DNA of 64,000 bases from Perkinsus chesapeaki ATCC PRA-425 (Eukaryota > Protista > Perkinsozoa): positions 1 through 64,000 of the forward strand of contig JAAPAO010000116.1 in NCBI GenBank assembly GCA_013115145.1. Direction: 5' to 3'. Both the position numbers and the translations under genes were made by a program. The notes beneath the pieces are model-generated. The model was not told where the DNA came from. It made no database searches and was given only the letters and a program-made list of their open reading frames with translations. Below are positions 35,285 through 47,000 of this stretch, piece after piece; position 1 is the stretch's first letter, and every line of letters starts with the position of its first letter.

Positions 35285-35983
35285 TTAATTGGTATCTTTT
35301 ACTCCGAGGCTTACGCCTTGATACCTTGTCGCTCCGTCATGTCGTCCATTCAACATGACATTTGTTGTCTTTTTTATTCTGTCCCGCTTTGTGTTATTGC
35401 AGTAGTGGAGCTGGTATGTTCGGCTAGGCCAACTATTCCTACCGGTGCCCCATGGTTTGCGCTGTGATCGCCACACAATTAAAACCGTGTAATGTTCTCA
35501 GAGGAGCTAATCAGTATTGTCGACCATGCTTGATCGAATGATCTATGTTAAGGCCTTCCATCGCCGATCTGTACGTTTGGTCGGCAGGGTTTACGCTGTG
35601 AAGTTGATGCTTCGGAACTCCAACGATTAGCTACGGCTTAATAAGCTATAGTGCTCTCGTTACCAAATACCCCTCACGAACCCAAAGTCTGAAAAGCGGT
35701 CTATTTCGCCACAAACTCGAGCCAAGCTCGTTGGTAATGTGATCGACGCGACTACCCACCGAGACTCGGTGGGTAGTTGCATTGCAAATGCAGATCTAGC
35801 ACGATCTAGCTTACACAGACATTTATCTGGCAACACGAGTGGACGAATGAGGGATCGACTCCGGCTCGAGCTGTACTTACAAGCACTCGGGCTTACCAAA
35901 TAACAAGTGAGACCACCTAGTGAGACGTATATCGAATTAAATTCGTATTCGCACATTTCTGACAGCGCATCGATCACATTCAC
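35285..35983 (-). CDS. Hypothetical protein or gene remnant
   Basis: 107-codon frame ending at a gtaacg donor plus downstream exon-like segments. No family recognised. Confidence 0.2.
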
Positions 35984-36271
35984 CTCGGTCTAAAGAGCTT
36001 AATATTGTCACCAGTGCTTAAGAAGCCACTTTTGGTTGCCTCCGTAATGTGAATGACTTCCACGCTCCATGAAGAAGCTACTTAAAGGGGACTCTCTAAA
36101 TCTGTTTGAGACCAGTCTGTGTGTAGGGTTCCCATAATAGGGACGTAAACGGTACGCAACTCTAATCTATTCAACAATACTATAACACAGGGAACATCAT
36201 ATAGCATGCTTAGACCACAACAGAATGGTCAACAAGCTCAGAATGATTGACTAAGTTGATAAAAAAGATCG

Positions 36272-37765
36272 TCAGTCTTCAAAGGCACCTTGACAAAAAA
36301 AGGAGCGAACAAGTGTGTCTCTGATCTTCCTTCTCCTCAGCCACGATCGTATAGGCTTGAACTGGGCTGAAATAGAGAAAGTGTGACATATTATAGTACA
36401 GGGTAATAACAACAGTCTGATCGTTATCATCCAAGCCCATATGAGGAGACACGCGATTGCCGGCTTACAGCACTTTATGACCGGCAGCTCTATGTCAGGT
36501 CCGTCTGGAAGGTGAGCACGGAAGCTTCTCATGGCAACGTTTTCGAAGTTAGCAGCGAAATGTTCGTCTTTCAAGTTGAGAATGACTTTTACGTCATTAA
36601 TAACACTATCTTTCACGTCGTCCACCACACTCGCTCTATATTCAGACGACTTGTACATAAAGGAAACACAAGCGTCTCTCAGTTGTTTGATAGTAATCTT
36701 CTCCTCGGTGAAGTCCGCGACATGTTCGCGGTTTCTAGCTTCAATATCGTACAAAGCAGTAGCGTTGAAGTTCCAGCTATATGGGTCTGAATCTTCTCTG
36801 AAAGAGCGGAGGAACCAATAAAATCGGTCTATCGGTGAGAGTCTAAACATGCCGACTCTTTCTTACCGATTTTGCCAACTCCTCCAGTAGGACTTAAATT
36901 CCATAGAAGATATCCTGAGACCTTCTGAAGGATATCTCATCGCCAAGTTGACTCTATACCGTGCTGCTTCCTGAGAGTTTATGAAGAATATCCAGTGATG
37001 GTCGTTCCAACAACAGCGGTGTTACGGGAAGCCACGTGGGCCGCTTGGCAATGGTAACTTACAATCTATGATACTTACTTCTGTCCTATGCACTCTTAGT
37101 GGGCCACCGTTGTTCACCATAAAGAGAGAGTCATTCGAGGTAGCTTCAAATGAGCAACCATAGCTTCGTCTTTCGGTTTCGTCAACTCTCTTCGCGAACA
37201 TTCCAAAGCTTGCATTAAATGCCAATTTTTTCCAATTCAGTGCCTATTTGTGTCACAGGTAAGACGCGGATGCCTCGCAGAGCATCTCTGTTCGTCAGTA
37301 CTAGTTGATGATACTGCAGATTCTCTTCGAGTGCCAGACTAATGAGATTACGAGACTTTAAAATGCACCAGTTGATTTCGACGGAATCAAAACGCTTAGG
37401 AAAATCGAGCATCAGCAGCTCACCTGGTATTATATGTTAGGCGACTTATGTCCGTATAGGTCGGCTGATTCGACTTACTAATTGTGTAACCAAACGTGAT
37501 CTGAAGAACCAAGCTGCATGGCTCGTCGGCCGCCATCAGTTTTCGTATCCTAGCCTTACCTTGTCAAAGCCAAAACGATCTATATTCTCGTACTCGTGCG
37601 TTCTGCGTTCAGGTAACTACGAGCAAGATGTAATCGTTCTACTCAGCGAAGATCGGGAAATGACACCTCCGAGTCTTCAAGTGGACTTGCAGAGATTCTC
37701 TCGCCTGTATAAGTTGAGATGATCAGACAGATACTTACAGATCGGGGAAGCGAATGATAGAGCAT
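36272..37765 (-). pseudogene. Lineage-specific signal-peptide gene family, copy A (in-frame stops)
   Basis: Homologous to 41638-42991 (SICLIIS..SASP.E.SEV; HQLVL.NRDALR; ERxSYGCSF; ACxSFxY; AMxxFxAHLP..PD.E.PV). In-frame stops near 37643 fall where copy C is open. Confidence 0.6.
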
Positions 37766-38089
37766 GATAGCGGAGCTAAAATCTAGATTGAGTCTTGCGT
37801 AGACACGGGTCTTTTCACTACTCATGGCGCGAGTTATCCCCATTGCTCTGTACACAGTAAAGACAATTAAGAGAAAGATACAAAGAGATACTTCCCGGAA
37901 GGGCGTGAACGCTATGGCAAATTCAACAACTCTTGTTTGAACTTCGTATTTGCTGGATGGTGATTCGACTTAAAAAGGTGCACAGTAGATACGCGACGTA
38001 GACCTGCGGACGGACCAACGCAGCAAACAGGTGTCCATATAAGAACCAACTTATGAGGCTCATCCTCTCAATGATACTAGTTCCTAATA

Positions 38090-38760
38090 TTATAGCTCAC
38101 AGTGCTCCGCAACAACTGCACGATCTCCTCTGTGTCTCGTGTCTTCAGTCACTAAATTGGCCCGCCGACTGTCCGTCTCGTCTCCCAAGAACGAGACTTG
38201 ACAAATGAAGGACTTGTTGGTTCTGATCCCGATGGCCAATGACACGGGTGCATCGGCAAAGTGTAACAAGTCAGCCTTATAAGAATCCTCTCCCACATCA
38301 GAGTGTTTGACAATTCACCTTAGATACAGTAGAATCTACTGGGTAGATAGCTAGAACAATGTCGCACAGGGCTGTACCGTCGAGGCTCCAGCGAATGTAT
38401 GTTGTCTCGGGAGGCGGAGTCGATTGAATCGGCCGAACGGTTAGGCCCTAACCGTTAGGGTCTAACCGATCCTTTGCCTTTCTCACCGATCTTCGTCATT
38501 CCTCCTGTAGGAATTGAGTTCCATAAAAGATCCCCCGAGTCTGAGACATTCTCATCGTAAATTTGATTCTACACCTTGCTACGACTCCCTGAAAGTTGAA
38601 GAAAAGATATCCAGTGATTACCAATTGGTAGGTTGAGTGAGAAGTAACGGTCAATCTTTTAAACGAAAGTTACAAAAGGACTACCATATTTCCTTGAAAG
38701 ACCCATCATTCGGCCGTTCTCTAGTGAGAACTCTGAACTCGATGAGACGGGAAACAAAGG
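38090..38760 (-). pseudogene. Partial, more decayed copy B of the same family
   Basis: 38510-38640 aligns at the nucleotide level with ~36885-37000 and ~42060-42170 (gtagga..ttccat..aaga..ctcatcg..ttga.tcta.acc..gatatccagtgat). Confidence 0.45.
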
Positions 38761-39560
38761 GTTCAGATGGATGCTCCTAAACTCAATTTTTGTTTATCTT
38801 AAAACTAAATTCGTTAAGGCTTTCTTTATCCCTCTCCCGTCTAAATAGCCAATTTTGAATAGAAGACACGTAACGAACGTCTTGCAGTAAGGCTCTTACT
38901 CCCTATTTCTCTCGTCTGTGTAGGCGAGTATCACTTACACCGTGTTAGTACAAGCCTCAGGAAAAGTTATTGAGGTGTAGGTTCTACACTGTAGACACGG
39001 AACAGCGGGGAGACTGAGGAATCGCTGAGTACTCCAAGTTGAAGTCCTAAGCGTGTCCAGAATGCATACTTTTAGTCAGAGGGAAGTTCGCGTGAGATGC
39101 GTGGAGTCTTTACACCTTCCAGCTCTACTTGCATTAGGGCCAAGACATGAAAAATGTGTCTTGAACAACTCCTGTGCGGACAGCTTTCTGAGGCGCTACG
39201 AAGAGGAGTTGCTGGCGCCAAGTGGCAACTCGCATATGATTGCGCTTCAGGTCACATCCAACGTTGCCCTACACCTTTTCCCATGCAATGTTATACGGCA
39301 GAAATAAACACCATGAATTTGATGCGCAAGTTTGATAATGTTATACAGTACGCATTGTAAACTACGCAAGAACGTCAACGTGCTACAGTGTAGCAGCTAC
39401 ACGAATGTAACTTCGCCGGAGTTGAATTCAGGTGAGGCACCACGCTGCAATGGTACGTTCAAGTTTGACACCTCCAGATTCTGGAGTCCAGAAGCAACTC
39501 TCATCAACTTTCTACATTGAAGAGTAAATATGTACAGTATGCAGAATACAGTAAACTTGA

Positions 39561-39977
39561 GTGTGTCTATACGAGCTCAAGTTTGTGCTGGAGAATCGGG
39601 CTCCAGTATTATGCGTTGCTAACTCAGTTAGCCAAACTACGGCCTTCCTTGTGGTAGCCCACAGTGGATCACGCTACATGCTTTACCATCGAGAGTCCGA
39701 GCATTTACTCAAGTATTCGAGGGAGCTTGCTTTCGCTCAAGACTTGTTTCTTGGCATTCGCTCAAGGCTATTGTTACTCATTGTACCGTGCTTGTACACG
39801 CGTATGCAGCTCTTCACCTTGCGAGTACTTGATCAAAATAGAAACAGTCCTCTCCGGCTTTTCTTTGAGTATATGAATATGGCTTGGCTAGACTATCCAT
39901 TCCCCATTGGCTGTCCTCTCGCCTTGGGCCTGCTGTTACTTACGAAGCGTGCGCGTAGTGGCCCGAAGGTCGCTTGA
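39561..39977 (+). CDS. Hypothetical ORF or exon (138 codons)
   Basis: Length of the stop-free frame only; no motif recognised. Confidence 0.18.
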   Translation: MCLYELKFVLENRAPVLCVANSVSQTTAFLVVAHSGSRYMLYHRESEHLLKYSRELAFAQDLFLGIRSRLLLLIVPCLYTRMQLFTLRVLDQNRNSPLRLFFEYMNMAWLDYPFPIGCPLALGLLLLTKRARSGPKVA

Positions 39978-41637
39978 AGACTTCTCATGTTGTTGCTACT
40001 AAAGCTGGTTATTGTAGTTCTTCAGAGATGAACGACAGGTTGAGATGTTGTCTTTTTCAGTCATTCAATTTCCACCCTTCGACTACGCTCTTCACTTCAT
40101 CATCTACCTTATGATCAATAGTCTTATCTACTTCGGTGCGGGTGAGCTTCTAAGACATCCCGAGTATGATAACACTCCTGGCATTCGTGCACTTACCCAC
40201 AGGAGTGACTGTGAGTTCTGTGCGGCCTGTCTTGGAGGCGCGGCTGCAGACCCTTTTCTATATGTGCCTTGCTTCTCAATTTTCGGAAAGTGTACCGTAA
40301 GATGTACAGATTGCTGTTCATCATAAGGACGGCATCTATCTCTATCAAAGAGTATCCCTTCTTCACTCATTATAGTTCGTTTAGTCGTATGCTTAGTACA
40401 ATGATGCTGCTGCTAGCATAGTAAGCCTAAGCTTGAGCCGTTACGAAGCACAGAGTGTTTATCGACCTTGCTAGAGCTTACACGGGTCTGGCGTCTCTAA
40501 CAATGAAAGCGCATGAAGAGATTGCTACAAATCTTACCTGTCCTTGATGTCCCTCTTCTTGATCATTCTCAGATTTCACGACATTTCTTCTCTGACTCAT
40601 TTTTGCGTTAGTAACGCAGCATTGCACTACCATCCATATATCCCATAGAAGACTAATTCTCCCCTATCAAGGCTCGCATTGACAATAGTGCATGCTGTGA
40701 TTGGGATGTCTCGGTATCTTGGTAAAAAATTGGGATGGGCCACAGAGCACGATACAGCCAGCATCAATAGCTCTCAGCGTCGGGCGATAAGCTTTCAAGA
40801 CTTTTGCAGCTTCAGGTGGCCGAAGAACAGTTCTTCCCAGCGATTTCAAACTTCAAAGCAACTTCATCATGAGGATTGGATTTACTAGCTAATTAGATAA
40901 CTAGTAACTACTAACTAATAACTAGTTAACAAGGCCTGCGGCGGCACACTGCACTTTAATACACGTGACTTGTAATCGTAAAAAAACAAATTGTAATTGT
41001 AAACAGTACGACCAGTAAAGCCAGTGGAACACCGGTTTAATCTAGTTGCTTTTCAGCTTTGCATTTGCATGATAGAAATAAATGCACCAACGTTATGCTG
41101 TAGCGTAGGTGAATTATAACGGTTTTATATTGTGCATGCTATGCGACGTAATGTATCGTGCGTAATGCTCATACTTCTCGGCCCGAGGAGCTCAAGTTAG
41201 TAGTATTGCCGGTCGAAGCAGGACCGTCGAAAATTGTGTCGGGTGAATATCTACATGTCTGAGCCAGTTTCTACATATTGGCCGCCGCCGCAACTTGACT
41301 CTCAACTCAATGACATTTCCGCTCTCTTGCCGAGGAATTAAGATGGGCAAATCCACAAAGGGCGGGTTAAGTTGGTTCAGTTTCGCAATTCGAAATTTCT
41401 TCTTAATTGCTCCATTTAGGCGATTAAGATAGAATTTGGTCGCCCCATTGAGTTCACTCCAACATTCTCGAATTCAAGTTGCGGACAATAGCGTTGATCA
41501 GGAATAAAAGTAACCAACACTGACTGAATATTACTTAGCACAACCATGGTATTTAACGTTTGGTGAACATCGTATAACATGGGTAAAGGTAATTAATAAA
41601 TTTGATATAAAGTGATGGCTGATGCTGTTGTTCCTCC

Positions 41638-42991
41638 TCACTGCCTCTTGTTCGATCTAGACCACTTTTTAAACATATCCAGTACTGGCACTTCATTGTC
41701 AGGTTCGTTCGGCAGATGTGCATGAAAAGTCTTCATCGCAGATTTCACAGTCACAGGGAGGATAGACTTGGATTCCAGATCAAGAACAGCTTCTATATCT
41801 TCAAGTATGCTATCTCGAACGACCGTAGCCCTATTGAGCCCCAAAGATGAAGAATATATGAAGGAAAGACACGCCTTCCTCAACTGCTCGAGGGTGATAC
41901 TTTCTTCTGTGAAATTCGCAACACACTGGCGGTTTCTTTTCTCAATTTCGTGCAGGGCTGTTTTGTTGAAGTTACTGTGATACCACCTTGCATTACGGCT
42001 GAGACAGCAGGATTGATCGAACCACTCAAGTTACATATTCTCTCACCGTTGTTCGAACCTATCCCAGTACGATTTGAATTCCATGGAAGATATTGTGAGG
42101 CCTTCTGGAGGGTGCGTCATCGTCAAATTGATTTTATACTGTGCCATGACTTTCTGAGGATCACACCACGAACACTAGGATATCTCAAGTCTGACAACAG
42201 CGCTGCAACGGGAAGCCAGGCGACCATTTCCTTGCCATCAACTTACGGTCACTGGCAAACATCCTTTTATACTTACTCTTGTATGTATAAAGCGTGGGCC
42301 GCCGAATAAGCCGTCGAAGCGCATAAGTTCTTGTCTGAGTTCAGCTGTAAAGGAGCACCCATAGCTTTGTCTTTCCTTTTCATTCACTTTATTAGTAAAT
42401 GTATCAGTAGACGCTCTCATTGTCGACGTTTCCGATGGCTTCCCTGTCGGAGTCAGCGGCACAACAGGAATGTCCCGCAGCGCATCCCTATTCACCAGGA
42501 CTAGTTGATGATAATGCAGCTTCTCCTTTGATGCGGATCTGATTTAATATTCCACAGGCTCTCAAGACAGATGGGAAAACGAGCTCGAATCGACTACCTG
42601 TTATAGATCCTAATTCGATCCATGTCCGTATAGGTGCGTTTGTCTGCAATAACTTGATAACCGAATGTAGCCTACCAAATAATAAATACAAGCAGTTCAC
42701 TAGATGCCATTCGTACCGTCTCGAAGGTAGAATCAGTATCATACTTGTACCCATACGTTCTACGTTCAAGTGTCTGACAAGAGCCAATTGCTTTACAACG
42801 TATTGATGGGAAGTTGGCACCTCCGAGCTTTCAGATGGACTTGCAGACATAACTTTGCTTGTGTGAGATGATATTATTATCAGACAGATGATGCTTACAG
42901 GTTGAAGATACGAAGTAAACATGATAGCCCCAAAGAAACTATACGGAATCTTCCGGGTGGACAAAAACCAGTATGATGGGTTATCTATCAC
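41638..42991 (-). pseudogene. Lineage-specific signal-peptide gene family, copy C (apparent frameshift near 42540)
   Basis: Homology to copy A switches frame between ..ACGILN and IRSASKEKLHYHQLV; otherwise colinear. Confidence 0.55.
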
Positions 42992-44050
42992 TCCCTGTCT
43001 GGAATTACAACCATTTTGAGACCCGGTCTTAAGATGGTTGTAACTGTAATACTGGTGACTGTAATGGTGCAGTGTTCTTATATGTACTCAACAGTGTGGA
43101 TAGCGTGAAGTAGGTAAATGTATAGAACACTTACAGGCCAGATGAAGAGATAGAACAAATATCCCGCGGGGAGCAATAGCTAAGCTAAGGTTCCGCGATG
43201 TTTACGGGACAACTATTGTAACAAATGCCTAACTGTTAATGCAGTCTATATTATGGACAGTGCAACGGTCCATGATATTTCCGTAAACGCTTGAGAAGTT
43301 CATTCATATTGCCGTATGATAATTAACGCTTGTCTACAAAGCTTAATTGCACTTAGACCCCATCAGGGGGGAAGCCTGGTAATCATATTGTTAAATGACG
43401 GAGAACAGACAGCTAGAAGGAGTAGTTCAGGCTTAATCAACGAGACAGTGGGGTCGTTCAATAAACCAATTTTGGATTCCAGAACTGCTTTTTACTCATA
43501 GAATGTGATGATAGAATCGATTCCGAATCCCAGAAGTGATTTAATGAACATGAAGAGTATATTCAAAATACCCCTCAAGCATCCGAGGAAAATATTTCAC
43601 GGCAAGCGAGGAAACTATAGATGCAGAGTCGGAATGAGTCTCATAAGCTCGACAGATTGACACTTGTTTGGTAAAAGCGGCCGTGTTTGTAGTATAAACC
43701 AAGCCCCCTGTGGGCTTACACACATTGGGACCAGCCCCACATCAACCCGACCGAGTGTCCTCAGAAAGGAGAGCAAATGATATCATCGGCTTTCGAAAAT
43801 CAGTACGAAGGCGTTCAATTATTTGCCTGTTTGTCAAGGAAAGTGTTGATCCGCACGAACCATTCTGGCCTCGCCCGAAAAAATAGCTAATCGATAGTTT
43901 AGCCATGACAGAACCTACCGAAAAAGCGAACAATCAAACCGCCCAGGTTCGATTCCCAGTCGCGTACTTTTTAATGTTATAACATCTATTGAACGCAACT
44001 GTTGTGTTAAAGTACTAAATGCATAATAATAGTTTCTCTTTCATTTCCTA

Positions 44051-47000
44051 ATGGAGGGAAGCAGTTTCCTAACGTCCTTGCACGGCAAGCTTTTGTCATC
44101 TTCGGATGATACTATCGAGTTTGCCATCCAAGGCTTCACCTCCCTTCCCTTTCAGGAAAGACGTGAACTATTCTCTGGTGTCTTCTCGGGCGAGCTTCGC
44201 CTTACGTATCTTTGGTTGATGAGTGCATTATTGGGATTGCCTTTTGCTAGAAGACGAGCTTTGTGGGCGCTGAGTGAGATGACGAGTTCACCGTGGGAAG
44301 GATTGGAAAATGATCCTAACGTAAATAACCTTATGTGTGATACCCTGTGGAGACTGGTGCACTCGTCGGCCTATGGACAATTAAAGGACAAATGGGACTG
44401 GGAAAAGATTCTAAAAAGGTTGGCTTGCACTAGTCCGGTTGCAGCACAGGCCTTGGAGACTGTTAGAGGTAATAATTAATAATAGCGGTTATTAGTTAAT
44501 GATAATAATAATTAAGAGTGGCACGAAGCTTGGGCTTCGTTAGGAAACTTTTTGGATTAGCTCTCACTTGAAGAAGTTTCCACGAAACTATATAGAAAAT
44601 CTACTTGTATTATATACAACAAAAGAAAATATAAAACATCATAGAAACGTTGAAGATTAAAATAGGCTAGTAGCAGTTATTATTCAGTGATAATAATAAC
44701 TAACGAATAGCTCTTCTCGAAAAGGAGACGGAGCTCGCATGAATTTATTAATCAGATATGTTTGACATTATTAGGTACTGAAATATCGTGTGGTAGAAGG
44801 CCGCTGGTGAAGTCTATTGAAGAGTATGTTATTGGTGATAGTGGTGATTGCCAAGAGGAGCAGATAGGCGCTGATGATTTGACTGTGGGCCAACAGAAGG
44901 CTTTGAATGACATGTAAGGCACTATTGATATACCTAGTTTACCATTTTTGGCATTTTGATAATATTGATCGCGAATCATAGGTTAAAGCGTGCATGATAC
45001 GAATGATCTCTCGGGATGATATTTAGTATTACTGTGAACCACAGTAATTAGTTTTTCAGATACACTTGGGTTAATGTCCTACCAACTCTATCATGCCTAT
45101 GTCTACATGGTCCTTCTGGGTGTGGCAAAACTACAGTTATTCATAGAGCTCATCAAGTGGCAGCAGCGGATAGGGATTTAGTGGTACTAGAGGGCAGTTC
45201 GGTTTGATATGTCGAGAAGACAATATGGCTAACGACTAGCAGTAACAATCGGAATACCTTATAAATTATAACTATGCGGAATTTAATTTGGTATCTTTTC
45301 TTTTACCAACGGCTACATAGATCAGCATGGTGAATGTTGTAATGTTATCTCGCTGCTTTTCAATTTTGAATACGGGAAATGCGCACGATTAACAGTATGC
45401 CGTTTTTCGACAGTTATGCGGATTTTAATTTCATATCTGTTCCTGTGTAGTACGTCCTAAGCAAACTTATTAAATGTTTTAGTTTCAGTTAACGGATTTT
45501 ATCGCTGATTTTGTAGGGGAGAAATACGGACGATTTTCCCAGCGATCGTTCGCCCTCGTTCGTTCGGTTTTGGGTCAAAGCTTGTCAGCTTTGTAGTACT
45601 TTTCTTTCAGACACTCCACATAGACGACTCCACTGATCCCAAATCACTAATTGGTGGCTTTCAACAAGTACCGAATAAACCTGGAAGATTTGAGTGGCAA
45701 ATGGGAGTACTAGCAAAAGCTATGGTAGCAACATTTACCGGGTTTTCGGGTTTCGGGTTTTGAGAATCATGGAAGACGATCCCAGACTGGGATTCCCAGT
45801 ATTGTGAAAGTAAATTAACCAAAGTTTTCTTGATAATATTTTTAAAACCTAAAAACCTAAAAACCACAAACTTTAAAAGCAGTGTGTAAAGATCGATGAG
45901 AATTGGCTGGTTGAGCTCTGGGTTTCAGGTTGAAGGATCCTGGGTAGTTATTGAAGATATCGATAAAGTATCCAGTGATGTGTTGGCAATATTACCGAGT
46001 CCAAGTGATAATAGTGATGCGGGATATCTCGTACTGGAACAAAATACAACACTGAGGATCCATCCGGACTTTGTTCTTATTGGTAGTAATGATGGGCGGC
46101 GAGGGGTCGGTGGTGATTACAAGTTTGAAGGCATGAATGACGATTGATTCCGAGTAGTAGTTCTTGTATCGATTGGTCAGTGTGTCGAAGTCTGCTGGTT
46201 TGTCTTAGTCTCTGTTCAATTTCTTCTCGAAATCGTATCGGTAATTTTTTTTATATTGTTCATATTTCTCGGCAAAAATGTCCATTATTAACTAAAGCAT
46301 TTGGTACCTTACATGGCAAGAGGTTTCCCTAGGTCTTTCCGTTCTGAAGATTTTCCTAGGAGCAAATCTGGGGTTTTCTGCCCGTTGCGCGTAGTATGGG
46401 AATGCCTAATAATCGATTAAAACAGTGCACAGAGGCAGTCAGTAGTTTCTCCGTAATTCTTCGCTCCTTCACTGGAAATAACGGTTCGCCGTCATTTCGT
46501 CAGTTCTTCGAAATGCTTCCGAATTTTCAGTCATTGTTCCTTCTAACATTGGTGGTTGTTCTAATAAGGGCAGGAGTGTTGAACCCGGCGTATCAGGTAC
46601 AGTGTCGAGCTGTAATCAATCCTCCACAATGGGGTCATCACTCGATCTTCTATTGGCGACATCTACATCATTACAGACTTGGACACACGTTGAGATGCCA
46701 TCAATGACTGGAGATGAAATGGAGAAGTATATTGCTGCGAAGTAATAAAGGATTACCAATGCTTTTCGCTGATCCATATTCGAACATTCATTTCCTTCCC
46801 GTGGCGGTTTACAATGGTTGTGAATCCGCAAGGGGCTCCAAGATTCCCAATAGCTTGATTCCTTAACAGAAGGTTAGTAAAATCGTTCGGGAAATGAGCT
46901 CTCGGCAGGTCACCTAAGCCGAGCTATTATAAATTGTGTGGTTGGTGGAACAACCCGAAAGGGGCATTCTTATCCGTGGAATTGTGATCCTTCTTCATGA

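Noticed and set aside
40428-40445. Relic spliced-leader sequence (GGCTCAAG matches here and near 61395)
   Set aside because: Only the terminal 8 nt match the Perkinsus/dinoflagellate leader, which is expected by chance in 64 kb.
43880-43972. tRNA gene (GGTTCGATTCC B-box followed by T5)
   Set aside because: The T-stem has two mismatches and I find no matching acceptor stem, D-arm or anticodon arm. At most a degenerate Pol III box; tRNAscan-SE would settle it.
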